A DNA stretch of 64,000 nucleotides from an uncultured Nitrososphaerota archaeon. Lineage in GTDB: Archaea > Thermoproteota > Methanomethylicia > Methanomethylicales > Methanomethylicaceae. The stretch is from the NCBI GenBank assembly GCA_964617245.1, contig CAZTWF010000106.1:25811-89810 (forward strand), given 5' to 3'. The notes beneath the pieces are model-generated. The model made no database searches and was not told where the DNA came from. It saw nothing but the letters and a program-made list of their open reading frames with translations. Shown here piece by piece: positions 21,146-31,810 of this stretch; the first letter of the stretch is position 1; every line of letters begins with the position of its first letter. Both the position numbers and the translations under genes were made by a program.

Positions 21146-21970
21146 ATGGAATTAGAATTTTCTAGTGACACTCAGCTACATCTAATATTTAAAGGAGCAG
21201 ATCTTGCATTTGTTAATGCTATTAGACGTATAATAATGGCAGATTTATTAATTCCTGCTATCGATAGGATCTACATTTTTGAAAATACGAGTATATTACA
21301 TGATGAAATATTAGCACATAGACTGAGTATGATTCCATTAAAAGGAGGAGAAGACTTAGTACCTCCTGATAAATGTAATTGTGGAGGAAAAGGTTGTTCA
21401 CAATGTGAAGTTATTCTTTCACTTGAAGTAGAAGCAAATGAGAATTTTACAACAGTATATTCTGGTAAATTAAAATCAGAAGGTTATGTATATCCAGTAA
21501 GTGATAATATCCCTATTGTTAAACTAAATGCAGGACAAAAAATTTCATTAGAGGCACATGCACGTTTAGGCAAAGGGAGAGATCATGCAAAATGGCAACC
21601 AGTCTCAGTTTGTGTTATTAAGTATCAACCTGTTATATTAATTAATGAAAAATGTGATCTTTGTGGTATATGTGTAGAACGTTGTCCTGAGAAAATACTT
21701 GAAGTAAAAGATAATAAACTCATTATAACATCTATTTGGAAATGTTCTTTATGTAAGATATGTGAAGAAGTATGTCCCAACTCAGCTATAAATGTAAGCT
21801 ATAATGATAATATATTACGACTCACAATAGAGAGTATTGGATCAAGATCAAATGAAGAACTCTTACTAATGGCATGTGAATACTTAATTAATAAGTGTAA
21901 GGAACTGAAAGAATCAATCAACTCTACTATAGAGGTTATGAATTATGGTAAAGAGAACATTACCAACTAA
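21146..21970 (+). CDS. rpoD: DNA-directed RNA polymerase subunit D (Rpo3) with two 4Fe-4S ferredoxin-like Cys motifs
   Basis: CDLCGICVERCP and CSLCKICEEVCP motifs; position after S11; ORF track GTG 21134, ATG 21146 preferred. Confidence 0.88.
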   Translation: MELEFSSDTQLHLIFKGADLAFVNAIRRIIMADLLIPAIDRIYIFENTSILHDEILAHRLSMIPLKGGEDLVPPDKCNCGGKGCSQCEVILSLEVEANENFTTVYSGKLKSEGYVYPVSDNIPIVKLNAGQKISLEAHARLGKGRDHAKWQPVSVCVIKYQPVILINEKCDLCGICVERCPEKILEVKDNKLIITSIWKCSLCKICEEVCPNSAINVSYNDNILRLTIESIGSRSNEELLLMACEYLINKCKELKESINSTIEVMNYGKENITN

Positions 21971-22310
21971 TCCTAGAATAAGAAGATTGATAAGACTATT
22001 AAGAAAAACATCAAGTAAGTATGATACGAAAATATGGAAGGCAATTGCTGAAGCTTTATGTATTCCTAGTAGAAAAAGAATTATTATAAATTTAAGTAAA
22101 ATAAATAGACTAGCAAAAGAAGGAGAATGTATAGTAATAGCAGGTAAGGTTCTAGGTTTTGGTAATCTTTCTAAAAAAGTTGATATTGCTGCATTATCAT
22201 TTAGCAAAACTGCAAAATCTAAGATAACTCAATCTGGTGGTAGAGCTTTATATCTAGAAGAGTTAATTTCTATAAATCCTAAGGGAAAAAATGTAAGAAT
22301 TTTGAGGTGA
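21945..22310 (+). CDS. rpl18e: 50S ribosomal protein L18e
   Basis: L18e similarity and position. Confidence 0.85.
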   Translation: MVKRTLPTNPRIRRLIRLLRKTSSKYDTKIWKAIAEALCIPSRKRIIINLSKINRLAKEGECIVIAGKVLGFGNLSKKVDIAALSFSKTAKSKITQSGGRALYLEELISINPKGKNVRILR

Positions 22311-22316
22311 TAATAA

Positions 22317-22754
22317 TTGTCAGAAATAATTTATATTGATGGTACAGATTTAAGATTAGGAAGAATGGCAAGTAAAATTGCCAAGCTTTTAATTAATGGA
22401 AATAAGGTTGTTGTGGTAAATGCTGAAAAGGTTGTTATATCTGGAAGGAGACAATCTATTATTAATGATTATAAAAGATGGTTGAGTATAAGAACTCTTA
22501 AGAATCCAGAAAAAGTTGGTCCAAAAAGACATAGATCTCCAGATAAAATTGTATACTATACTATAAGAGGAATGCTTCCAAAAAAACCATTAGGATTAAA
22601 GGCTTTAAAGAGATTGAAAGTATACATAGGCGTTCCTGATGAGCTAAAATCCATGAATTTTACTCAAATTGATGATGCTCATGTAAAATATCTTCGTGGT
22701 CCTTATGTTAGATTGGAAGAAATATCAAGAAGCTTAGGATGGGATGTTAAATGA
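22317..22754 (+). CDS. rpl13: 50S ribosomal protein L13
   Basis: L13 similarity; TTG start. Confidence 0.88.
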   Translation: MSEIIYIDGTDLRLGRMASKIAKLLINGNKVVVVNAEKVVISGRRQSIINDYKRWLSIRTLKNPEKVGPKRHRSPDKIVYYTIRGMLPKKPLGLKALKRLKVYIGVPDELKSMNFTQIDDAHVKYLRGPYVRLEEISRSLGWDVK

Positions 22755-23155
22755 GTGAAAAAATAGTTATGGTAAGTGGAAAAAGAAAGACAGCAATAGC
22801 TAGAGGTATTGGTTATCCAGGAAGTGGAAGAATTTTAATAAATGGAGTACCTTTAGAAATATATGAGCCAAGAATAGCAAGGATGAAAATTATGGAACCC
22901 TTATTGGTTGTAGGAAATGATTTAACTTCAAAATTAGATATTGAAGTAAATGTAAAAGGCGGAGGATTCATGGGACAAGCAGAAGCTGTAAGACAAGTGA
23001 TTGCAAAAATACTTAGTGAATTTGGTGGAGAGGCTATTAAGAAAAAGCTTATAGAATATGATCGAAGAATGCTTATAAGTGATCCAAGAAGAACTGAACC
23101 AAAAAAATTTGGTGGATATAGTGCAAGAAGAAAGAAACAAAAGTCTTATAGGTGA
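22751..23155 (+). CDS. rps9: 30S ribosomal protein S9
   Basis: S9 similarity, C-terminal ...KKQKSYR. Confidence 0.9.
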   Translation: MSEKIVMVSGKRKTAIARGIGYPGSGRILINGVPLEIYEPRIARMKIMEPLLVVGNDLTSKLDIEVNVKGGGFMGQAEAVRQVIAKILSEFGGEAIKKKLIEYDRRMLISDPRRTEPKKFGGYSARRKKQKSYR

Positions 23156-23160
23156 AATAT

Positions 23161-23394
23161 ATGATTATTCCAGTAAGATGTTTTTCATGTGGAAAATTAA
23201 TTGGAGATAAATGGGAGGAATATAAGAAGGCAGTTAGTAGTGGTAAAGATCCAGCAAAGGTTCTTGATGCATTAGGAATTACAAGATATTGTTGTAGAAG
23301 AATGTTTCTTTCACATTTGGAATTAATAGATGAAATATTGGAATATCATGCTTATAGACAAGGAAAGATAAAAGATAAAATAAAAAATAAATAA
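23161..23394 (+). CDS. rpoN: DNA-directed RNA polymerase subunit N (Rpo10)
   Basis: [12 protein letters not shown] zinc motif typical of RpoN. Confidence 0.88.
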   Translation: MIIPVRCFSCGKLIGDKWEEYKKAVSSGKDPAKVLDALGITRYCCRRMFLSHLELIDEILEYHAYRQGKIKDKIKNK

Positions 23395-23427
23395 AGCTAT
23401 AGGAAGTTTTCATCATGGTGTTGTAAA

Positions 23428-24081
23428 ATGACAAGTATGGAATCTGTTGAACTTCTAGTTCCTATTGAAATTTATCTAGCAGCTGGTGTACATATAGGAA
23501 CTCATGTTAAAACTAATGATATGCGTCCATTTATATTTAGAACAAGACCAGATGGTCTACACATATTAGATGTTAGAAAAATTGATGAGAGAATAAGAAT
23601 AGCCTCAAAATTTATATCAAAATTTAAAGGTGAAAAAGTTTTAGCTGTTTCAGCAAGACAATATGGATTTAAACCTGTAGAAAAATTTGCATCAATAATA
23701 GGTGGAAAAGCAATTACAGGTAGATTCATACCTGGAACATTTACAAATCCCAAGCTCTCAACCTATATTGAACCACATGTACTAATTGTTACAGATCCAC
23801 GTGCAGATTGGCAAGCAATATTAGAAGCATCAAAAGTAGGCATACCAGTTATTGCTCTTTGTGATACAGATAATAGATGTCAATTAGTTGATCTTATAAT
23901 TCCAGTAAACAATAAGGGAAGAAAATCATTAGCTCTTGTATATTGGCTTTTAGCAAGACAAGTATTAAGAGAACGAGGAGAAATTACACCTACTGCAGAA
24001 TTACCTGTAACTATGGAGGATTTTGAATCCAAAGTACTTGTAAGTGAAGAAGAATATGGAGGATATGAAGTTGAAGAATAG
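23428..24081 (+). CDS. rps2: 30S ribosomal protein S2
   Basis: S2 similarity. Confidence 0.9.
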   Translation: MTSMESVELLVPIEIYLAAGVHIGTHVKTNDMRPFIFRTRPDGLHILDVRKIDERIRIASKFISKFKGEKVLAVSARQYGFKPVEKFASIIGGKAITGRFIPGTFTNPKLSTYIEPHVLIVTDPRADWQAILEASKVGIPVIALCDTDNRCQLVDLIIPVNNKGRKSLALVYWLLARQVLRERGEITPTAELPVTMEDFESKVLVSEEEYGGYEVEE

Positions 24082-24916
24082 AAATCCATGTGTTGCAGGA
24101 GTTTTTTATAATGGAGAAAAAGAACTTTTAAAAAAACAAATATCTTGGTGTTTTTTACATAAAGTTGGTCCTAGAATCTTACCTAGTGGTATAGTAAAAA
24201 ATGAAAGAGAAGTTATTTCTTTAATTTCACCACATGCAGGATATATATATTCTGGACCAGTAGCAGCTCATGGATATTATTATATATCAAGAGAACCAAT
24301 ACCAGAAGTAGTTGTAATTATTGGTCCAAATCATACAGGTATTGGTGCAGGTATAGCTATCTGGTGTGAAGGCGAATGGATTACTCCTTTAGGAAAAGTT
24401 GAAGTAGATTCAGAACTTGCTAATATGTTGATAAGAGAGGGAGTAGCAGAAAAAGATGAAACTGCACATATATATGAACATTCAATAGAAGTTCAAATAC
24501 CATTTCTTCAATTTATATATCAAAATAAATTTAAGATATTGCCTATATGTATGCTTCTTCAAGATTATGAAACTTCTTATGAATTGGGAAAAACTTTAGC
24601 AAAATTATTAATTAATAGATCAGCTTTAATGATTGCAAGTACTGATTTTTCACATTATGTATCTTATAATGAAGCCTATAAAAAAGACTCTTTAGCAATA
24701 GAATATATAACAAAAATGGATGCAAAATCACTTGAAAAAATTATTATAAAAGAAAATATAAGTATGTGTGGTCCAGGACCAGTAATGACCATATTAGAAG
24801 CATCAAAAAATCTTGGAGCAAGAGAATGTAAACGTTTATGTTATGCTACATCTGGAGATACTTCAGGTCCAAGAGATGAAGTTGTAGGATATGGCTCTTT
24901 AGTTATAATTAAGTGA
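24065..24916 (+). CDS. Memo1-like protein (AmmeMemoRadiSam system protein B family)
   Basis: [32 protein letters not shown] motifs characteristic of Memo family. Confidence 0.75.
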   Translation: MKLKNRNPCVAGVFYNGEKELLKKQISWCFLHKVGPRILPSGIVKNEREVISLISPHAGYIYSGPVAAHGYYYISREPIPEVVVIIGPNHTGIGAGIAIWCEGEWITPLGKVEVDSELANMLIREGVAEKDETAHIYEHSIEVQIPFLQFIYQNKFKILPICMLLQDYETSYELGKTLAKLLINRSALMIASTDFSHYVSYNEAYKKDSLAIEYITKMDAKSLEKIIIKENISMCGPGPVMTILEASKNLGARECKRLCYATSGDTSGPRDEVVGYGSLVIIK

Positions 24917-25725
24917 TATTAATGAATAAAATTAAATTAAGAATACCCTTCTCCTTACCTATTCTTGGAGAATCCTTTGTAGATATAAATAATCCAGTAG
25001 TACTTTCAACAATAAATTTTTTTACTGATGTGGAAGTCCTTTTTAAAAAATCATCTGAAATTCAATTACCTCTTTCTGACTCATCAATTAAAAGACTAAT
25101 AATAAATTATTTAAAAAAGAAAGAGATATTTTTGGAAATTAATGTTAATCCAACTAGTGATTTTTTTGTTTTAACTTCTTTATTTTATTTAATAGGAATA
25201 GAAGAAATTGAAAATGATATTTCTTTTTTTATTAATAAATTAAAAAATTCTGCCTTAATTACTCTTTTTAGAGTACTTACATCACTATCTGGTGGATTTA
25301 CAATATGTAGAAAAAATGAAGGAATTATTTCTATTGATGGAAATATTGATGCTTCTCTTCTTATCAATTTAAAGAATAAGAAGAAATCTCCTCTTAGATT
25401 AATAAAAAAATTTGAAAATAATTTTCCAGAACTTTATAATCCTTTAATACATACTATAGGACATATTGCTATAGAAGGTGGAAAAGCTATTAGAGATGGA
25501 ATGACAAAAAGACTTGGTGATTTAATGAATATAGAATCTATTTTATTATGTATATTTAATTTAATAAAACCAAAATCATTACCATTAATTAAAAATTCCT
25601 ATGGTGTAAAAATAATTGCATCAGGTGATATAACTGGGAGTATAATATTAATACCGAAAAGATTATCATATAAGGATTATCAAAGTTTTGATTTTATTGA
25701 TATAGGAGTGAGAGAAATTGAATAG
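24913..25725 (+). CDS. GHMP-kinase-like protein at the mevalonate kinase locus (divergent/degenerate)
   Basis: N-terminal PILGESFV (GHMP motif 1-like) and C-terminal GVKIIASGDITGSIIL (motif 3-like) but no canonical PxGSGLGSSAA motif 2; only 270 aa; synteny rps2-memo-[mvk]-ipk-idi-idsA. Confidence 0.45.
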   Translation: MILMNKIKLRIPFSLPILGESFVDINNPVVLSTINFFTDVEVLFKKSSEIQLPLSDSSIKRLIINYLKKKEIFLEINVNPTSDFFVLTSLFYLIGIEEIENDISFFINKLKNSALITLFRVLTSLSGGFTICRKNEGIISIDGNIDASLLINLKNKKKSPLRLIKKFENNFPELYNPLIHTIGHIAIEGGKAIRDGMTKRLGDLMNIESILLCIFNLIKPKSLPLIKNSYGVKIIASGDITGSIILIPKRLSYKDYQSFDFIDIGVREIE

Positions 25726-26482
25726 TATTGATTTTGTAATAAAGCTTGGAGGAAGTGCTATAACAATTAAGCAATCTCCACTTACTGCAAATATAAAAGT
25801 AATTGAAAATATTGCCTTTGAACTTTCTAATATTAAAAAACTTCCATCTATTATTATAGTCTATGGTGGAGGATCTTTTGGACATTTTATTGCAAATAAA
25901 TATATTCATAATAATAAAATAATCTCAAATATAGGAGTAGCTGAAATACATTCTGCTATGTTAACTCTTACAGAGATTATTACTTCATATTTTATTAAAT
26001 ATAAAGTTCCTATTTTTCCTATCAATTCCTCAAGTTGTTTTATTCTTTCTGATAATGAATTACAATCTTTTATTAAACCAATTGAATATTCACTAAATAA
26101 TAATTTAATACCTATTATTGGTGGAGATGTGGTATTGAGCAAAGAAGATGTAAAGATTTTATCAGGAGATAGAATAGCCTCTTTTCTTGCAAAAAAATTT
26201 AATGCAAAAATTTTAGCTTTTGGTACTAATGTAGATGGTATAATATTAGATGGTAAAATTTTACCTAAAATAAAATTAAATGATATAGAAAATATTATTC
26301 CAAAAATAAAAATTAATCAAGTTGATGTTACAGGAGGAATGATAAATAAATTATTAGAAATAAAAGATTATATATCCACTGGAGGGAGAAAAGCTATAAT
26401 ATTTAATATAACTCGTTTTGGAATGCTTACTAGATTATTATCAGGAGAAGAAAATATAGGCACAGAGGTTGATAAAGATTGA
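25718..26482 (+). CDS. ipk: isopentenyl phosphate kinase
   Basis: Amino-acid-kinase fold, KLGGSAIT N-terminus, YGGGSFGH motif. Confidence 0.85.
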   Translation: MNSIDFVIKLGGSAITIKQSPLTANIKVIENIAFELSNIKKLPSIIIVYGGGSFGHFIANKYIHNNKIISNIGVAEIHSAMLTLTEIITSYFIKYKVPIFPINSSSCFILSDNELQSFIKPIEYSLNNNLIPIIGGDVVLSKEDVKILSGDRIASFLAKKFNAKILAFGTNVDGIILDGKILPKIKLNDIENIIPKIKINQVDVTGGMINKLLEIKDYISTGGRKAIIFNITRFGMLTRLLSGEENIGTEVDKD

Positions 26483-27570
26483 TATTTAATAGAAAATATT
26501 CTCATTTATTTATATGTAAAAATTATGATGTTTCATTTAGAAAAGGGCCTCATTTTGATGATATAGAATTAATACATTGTGCTTTACCAGAACTTAATTT
26601 AGAAGAAATTGATACTTCTACATCATTTCTTGGAAAAAAAATTTCAGCTCCAATATTAATATCAGCAATGACAGGAGGAAATCCAGAAGCAAAAAAGATA
26701 AATGAAAATCTTGCTAAAGCAGCTGATAAAATTGGTATTGGAATATGTGTTGGAAGTCAAAGAATTGCTATTGAAAATCCTCAACTTCAAGATACTTTTA
26801 CTATTGTAAGAGAAGTATCTAATGATATAATTGTTATTGCTAATATAGGAGGTGCTCAACTTTTACAAAAGAACTTTATAGAATATGCTGAAAAAGCAAT
26901 TTCTATGTTAAATGCTGATGCTTTAGCTATACATCTTAATCCATTACAAGAATTAATCCAACCTGGTGGTGATACAAGATTTAAAGGAATACTTAACGTC
27001 ATTAGTGATCTATCTAAATATATTAAGGTCCCAATTATTATTAAAGAAGTTGGTTGTGGTATTTCTAAAGAAGTAGCAGAAAAAATAATCAATTCTGGTA
27101 TATATGCTATAGATATTGCAGGAGCAGGAGGTACAAGTTGGGCTGCTGTAGAATATTATCATGCTATACAGACAGGAGAATTAGATAAATCTAAAATTGC
27201 TGAAACACTTTGGGACTGGGGCATTCCTACTGCTATGAGTATTTGTGAAGTTGTTTCACTAGAACCTAAAATAACTATAATTGCTTCTGGTGGAATAAGA
27301 AATGGTCTTCATATAGCAAAATCTATAGCTCTTGGAGCAGATTTAGTAGGTATTGCTAGACCATTATTATCATGTGCCTTATCTAGTAGTGAAATGGTAA
27401 TAGAGTATTTACAGAATTTAATTAATGAACTCAAAGTTATACTTTTGTTAACAGGATGTAAAAATATTAGACAATTAAAATCAGTACCAATTGTTATAAA
27501 AGGAGAATTACTTAATTGGATCACTCAAAGGAATTTAAAGGTGAGAGGATTTGATAGAGGAAAAACTTAA
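26479..27570 (+). CDS. fni: type 2 isopentenyl-diphosphate delta-isomerase (FMN-dependent)
   Basis: TIM-barrel IDI2 motifs (MTGGN, AGAGGTSWAAVE). Confidence 0.88.
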   Translation: MIFNRKYSHLFICKNYDVSFRKGPHFDDIELIHCALPELNLEEIDTSTSFLGKKISAPILISAMTGGNPEAKKINENLAKAADKIGIGICVGSQRIAIENPQLQDTFTIVREVSNDIIVIANIGGAQLLQKNFIEYAEKAISMLNADALAIHLNPLQELIQPGGDTRFKGILNVISDLSKYIKVPIIIKEVGCGISKEVAEKIINSGIYAIDIAGAGGTSWAAVEYYHAIQTGELDKSKIAETLWDWGIPTAMSICEVVSLEPKITIIASGGIRNGLHIAKSIALGADLVGIARPLLSCALSSSEMVIEYLQNLINELKVILLLTGCKNIRQLKSVPIVIKGELLNWITQRNLKVRGFDRGKT

Positions 27571-28516
27571 AAAAATTTCATCATTATTAGACCCATTAAT
27601 AAAGGAATATATTAATGGATCTGATATACTTTACAAGGCAGCATTACATCTTCCAAGCCATGGAGGTAAAAGATTACGACCATTTCTTGTAATAAAATCT
27701 TGTGAAATAGTTGGTGGAGATATTAATTATGTTATTCCTGCAGCTATTGCTATAGAGTTATTACATAACTTTACACTTATTCATGATGATATTATGGATA
27801 ATGATCTATTAAGAAGAGGTGTACCTACAGTTCATACAATATGGGGCATTCCAATGGGCATACTTGCAGGTGATTTATTATTTGCTAAGGCCTTCTATAT
27901 ACTTCTATCTATGAAAGGAGATTATGAAAAATTAATAAAAGCAGCTGAAATTATGGCAAGGACTACTATAATAATATCAGAAGGTCAAAGTATGGATATG
28001 TCCTTTGAAAAAAGAAATAATGTTTCAGAAGAAGAGTATATGACTATGATATATAAAAAAACTGGAGCTTTATTTGAAGCAAGTGCAAAAATTGGTGCCA
28101 TATTAGGTGGAGGAGATGAAAAAACAATAGAATATCTAGGAAATTATGGTAAAAACTTAGGAATAGGTTTTCAAATATTTGATGATTATTTAGGACTTTT
28201 CTCAAAAGAAGAAATTCTTGGAAAACCAATTGGAAGTGATATAAGAGAAGGAAAGAAAACACTTTTTGTTATAAAATTATTAAATTCTTCATCAAGAGAT
28301 AAAATAGTTAATATTTTAGGTAAGAAAGATATCTCTAATGAAGATATTATTTCAATAATTCATCATATAAAAAATGAGAAAATAGATGAATATGTATTAA
28401 ATAAAGCAAAACTTCATATAGATTTAGCAATTTCTTCATTATCTATACTTCCAGATTCAGAAGCAAAAAATGATCTTATTGAATTAGCAAAATATGCAAT
28501 CTCTAGAATAAAATAG
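27551..28516 (+). CDS. idsA: geranylgeranyl diphosphate synthase (polyprenyl synthetase)
   Basis: FARM LIHDDIMDND and SARM FQIFDDYLG motifs. Confidence 0.88.
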   Translation: MIEEKLKKISSLLDPLIKEYINGSDILYKAALHLPSHGGKRLRPFLVIKSCEIVGGDINYVIPAAIAIELLHNFTLIHDDIMDNDLLRRGVPTVHTIWGIPMGILAGDLLFAKAFYILLSMKGDYEKLIKAAEIMARTTIIISEGQSMDMSFEKRNNVSEEEYMTMIYKKTGALFEASAKIGAILGGGDEKTIEYLGNYGKNLGIGFQIFDDYLGLFSKEEILGKPIGSDIREGKKTLFVIKLLNSSSRDKIVNILGKKDISNEDIISIIHHIKNEKIDEYVLNKAKLHIDLAISSLSILPDSEAKNDLIELAKYAISRIK

Positions 28517-28526
28517 TGATTATAAT

Positions 28527-30233
28527 ATGATTTCTGATGAAATACTTTTATTAATAAAAAAACATGTTATAATGAATGCTATAAAGTATGGTGGTAAAGC
28601 TGAATTTAAAGCAGTAATAGGTAAAATTCTATCTGAAAAACCAGAATTAAAGTCAATGATACAAGAAGTTTCAAAAATTACACAATCTATAATCTCAGAA
28701 ATCAATTCTATGAGTTTATTAGAACAACAAAATTTAGCAAAATCTCTTGGTATAAATATAATAAAGGAAAAACCAAAAAAAGAAGAACATGTCCTTCCTT
28801 CCCTTCCTAATGCTAATAAATATGAAATTATACGAGTGAGATTTGCACCAAATCCTGATTTTGCTATACATTTAGGTAATGCAAGAGCAGCAATACTCAA
28901 TGATGAATATGCAAAAATCTATCATGGTATTTATATATTAAGATTTGAAGACACATCTCCTTCAGTTAAACCACCTATGCTTGAAGCTTATGATGCAATT
29001 CGTGAAGATTTAAAATGGCTTGGAGTAAATTGGCATGAGGAATATATACAATCTGAGAGATTGCCTATATATTATGAGTATGCTGAGAAATTATTAGAGA
29101 TTGGTGGAGCATATATTTGTACATGTCCATCAGAGGAATTTCGAAAATTAGTTAATTCTAGTAAGCCATGTCCTTGTAGAGATCTGCCTATAGAAAAACA
29201 ACTTAAAAGATGGGAAGGTATGATAGATGGATCTATTAAGAAGGGAGAAGCTGTAATGAGAATAAAAACTGATTTAAATCATCCAAATCCAGCTATTAGA
29301 GAATGGCCTGCTATGCGTATAGATACGAAACCTCATCCTCTTCAAGGACAGAAATATAGAGTATGGCCTCTTTATAATTTTGCATGTGGAATTGACGATC
29401 ATTTAATGGAAATTACTCATATTTTACGTGGAAAAGAACATGAAATTAATACACAACGTCAAATTTATTTATACAAATATTTTAAATGGAAATATCCTGA
29501 AGTAATACATTATGGAAGATTAAAAATAGAAGGTACTATATTGAGTAAATCAAAAATGCGCCAGGGAATAGAAATGGGCTTATTTAAAGATTGGAGTGAT
29601 CCAAGATTAGGAACAATTGCTGCTTTAAGAAAAAGAGGATTTCTTCCAGAAACTATTCGAAGATTAATTCTTGAAGTAGGAGTTAAACCATCTGAAGCTA
29701 CTATTAGTTGGGATAATATTGAAGCAATAAATAGAAAATTACTAGATCCTATCACTAAAAGATTTGTTTTTATTCCAGAACCTAGTAAATTAGAAATTAA
29801 GGATTTAACAAAAGAATTTGAGGCAAGAATACCATTACATCCAGATCGTCCTGAATTAGGTAATATAATTTATAAAGTAGGGCCTTCGAATAATATTATA
29901 TTTGTTCCATTAAGAGATATATCTAACATAAAACTAGGATCTATATTTCGTCTTATGAATTTATTCAATGTAAAATTATTATCTTCATCAATCTGTATAT
30001 ATGTAGGTGAAAGTATTGAAGAAATAAGAAAAATTAATGCACCAATAATCCAATGGTTGCCTTATGGTACTGAATTATCTGTAGTAATGCATGATGGAAG
30101 TATTATAAATGGTATAGTTGATAAAAATATTTTAAATGAAAATTTACCAAATATATTTCAATTCTATAGATTTGGTTTTGTTAAGATATATAGAGAAGAT
30201 AATAAATTAAAAGGTTATTATACACACGATTAG
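28527..30233 (+). CDS. gltX: glutamyl-tRNA synthetase, archaeal type
   Basis: HLGN (HIGH) and LSKSKM (KMSKS) motifs; N-terminal GatB/YqeY-like helical domain typical of archaeal GluRS. Confidence 0.9.
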   Translation: MISDEILLLIKKHVIMNAIKYGGKAEFKAVIGKILSEKPELKSMIQEVSKITQSIISEINSMSLLEQQNLAKSLGINIIKEKPKKEEHVLPSLPNANKYEIIRVRFAPNPDFAIHLGNARAAILNDEYAKIYHGIYILRFEDTSPSVKPPMLEAYDAIREDLKWLGVNWHEEYIQSERLPIYYEYAEKLLEIGGAYICTCPSEEFRKLVNSSKPCPCRDLPIEKQLKRWEGMIDGSIKKGEAVMRIKTDLNHPNPAIREWPAMRIDTKPHPLQGQKYRVWPLYNFACGIDDHLMEITHILRGKEHEINTQRQIYLYKYFKWKYPEVIHYGRLKIEGTILSKSKMRQGIEMGLFKDWSDPRLGTIAALRKRGFLPETIRRLILEVGVKPSEATISWDNIEAINRKLLDPITKRFVFIPEPSKLEIKDLTKEFEARIPLHPDRPELGNIIYKVGPSNNIIFVPLRDISNIKLGSIFRLMNLFNVKLLSSSICIYVGESIEEIRKINAPIIQWLPYGTELSVVMHDGSIINGIVDKNILNENLPNIFQFYRFGFVKIYREDNKLKGYYTHD

Positions 30234-30308
30234 ACCAAAAAACTCATAAACCCCTTTGTTTTTGTTTTTTCTACTAATAAAAATGAACAATGAGAGGTCG
30301 AGGGATAA

Positions 30309-30803
30309 ATGTCTAAAACTCCTATATATGTAAGATTTAATGTACCTCCAGAATTAATGGAGCGTACATATGAGTGTGTAAGATTAGCAGCAGAATCTGG
30401 AAAGATAAAAAAAGGAGTAAATGAATCTACAAAGGCAGTAGAAAGAGGACTTGCAAAATTTCTTGTCATAGCTCAGGATGTAGATCCACAAGAAATTGTA
30501 GCACATTTACCTTTACTTGCTGAAGAGAAAAAAGTTCCCTATTCTTATGTAGACTCAAAAGTAAAACTTGGTCAATGTGCAGGAATTGAAGTAGCAGCCT
30601 CATCAGTAGTAGTTATTGATCCTGGTAAAGCCAAACCATTAATGGATGAAATTATAACAAAAGTTAATGAAATAAGAAAAGGTATAACAGCTGAAGTAGT
30701 AAAACCAGCACAAGAAGTAAAAGAAACAAAGCCAAAAGAAGAAGTAAAACCACAAGAAGAAAAGCCAAAGAAGAAAAAATCAGAAGGGTCACAGAAAAAA
30801 TAA
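30309..30803 (+). CDS. rpl7ae: 50S ribosomal protein L7Ae with ~40-aa Lys/Glu-rich C-terminal extension
   Basis: Core matches L7Ae ([40 protein letters not shown]); tail [33 protein letters not shown]. Confidence 0.9.
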   Translation: MSKTPIYVRFNVPPELMERTYECVRLAAESGKIKKGVNESTKAVERGLAKFLVIAQDVDPQEIVAHLPLLAEEKKVPYSYVDSKVKLGQCAGIEVAASSVVVIDPGKAKPLMDEIITKVNEIRKGITAEVVKPAQEVKETKPKEEVKPQEEKPKKKKSEGSQKK

Positions 30804-30840
30804 AAAGAAATTATAGACTAAAACTTAAATGTGATAAAAT

Positions 30841-31059
30841 ATGAGTAGTGAGATAACTGAAGCCTATCCTGCAGAAGTTATTCAAATAATAGGAAGAACA
30901 GGAGTTACTGGTGAAGTTATACAAGTAAGAGTAAGAGTATTAGAAGGAAAAGATAAAGGAAGAATACTTACAAGAAATGTAAAAGGTCCTGTAAGAATAG
31001 GAGATATACTAATGTTAAAAGAAACAGAAAGAGAAGCCAAGAAACTAGTGCCAAGATAA
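30841..31059 (+). CDS. rps28e: 30S ribosomal protein S28e
   Basis: S28e similarity. Confidence 0.9.
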   Translation: MSSEITEAYPAEVIQIIGRTGVTGEVIQVRVRVLEGKDKGRILTRNVKGPVRIGDILMLKETEREAKKLVPR

Positions 31060-31072
31060 ATTGGTGAATAAT

Positions 31073-31252
31073 ATGGTAAGAATATTTAAGTGTTCTTTTT
31101 GTAATAAGGAAATTGAACCAGGTACAGGAATGATTTATGTTAGGAATAATGGCACACTTCTTCGTTTTTGTTCAAGTAAATGTAGAAAAAATATGCTTAA
31201 ACTCAGAAGAGAATCTAGAGATTTTAAATGGACCTCTGGGGAAGCTAAATGA
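31073..31252 (+). CDS. rpl24e: 50S ribosomal protein L24e
   Basis: CSFC...FCSSKC zinc motif; ATG 31073 preferred over TTG 31061. Confidence 0.85.
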   Translation: MVRIFKCSFCNKEIEPGTGMIYVRNNGTLLRFCSSKCRKNMLKLRRESRDFKWTSGEAK

Positions 31253-31692
31253 TAGAGAGAACTTTTGTAATGATAAAACCAGATGCTGTAGTTCGAGGTA
31301 TTATTGGAGAAGTTATCTCTAGAATTGAAAGAAAAGGTTTAAAAATTGTAGGAATGCGAATGATACATTTATCCAAAGAAGAAGCAGAGGAACTTTATTC
31401 TATTCATAAAGATAAACCATTCTTTAGTGAATTGATTAACTTTATAACTTCTGCACCTGTTGTAGTAATGGCTGTAGAAGGAGAAAGTGCAATTTCTGTT
31501 ATGCGTAAGATTATTGGCTCAACAGATTCAAAAGAAGCTTCTCCAGGTACAATAAGAGGGGATTTCTCTTGTTCAAAAAGTATGAATATTATTCATGCAT
31601 CAGATTCCTTAGAAAGTGCAAAAAGAGAACTCTCTATATTTTTTAAAGATTTCCTAAAATATTCACGTGTTGATGAAAATTTTGTTTTTTAA
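31249..31692 (+). CDS. ndk: nucleoside diphosphate kinase
   Basis: [10 protein letters not shown]..., NIIHASD active-site His. Confidence 0.92.
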   Translation: MIERTFVMIKPDAVVRGIIGEVISRIERKGLKIVGMRMIHLSKEEAEELYSIHKDKPFFSELINFITSAPVVVMAVEGESAISVMRKIIGSTDSKEASPGTIRGDFSCSKSMNIIHASDSLESAKRELSIFFKDFLKYSRVDENFVF

Positions 31693-31810
31693 TTTTATAA
31701 TAAGTCTACTGAAAGTTTATTACTTAAATTATAAAAGTAGCTTTTAGTGCAAGATTGACAAGAGAAATGTATAAACTTTTCTCCTTCTCTTATATCATAG
31801 GGGGTAAAAA

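Noticed and set aside
28520-28900. 126-aa minus-strand ORF
   Set aside because: Antisense to the 5' end of gltX; no motifs; compositionally biased
31137-31322. 61-aa plus-strand ORF overlapping L24e/ndk
   Set aside because: Out-of-frame overlap with two conserved genes; Cys-rich by chance from AT-rich sequence
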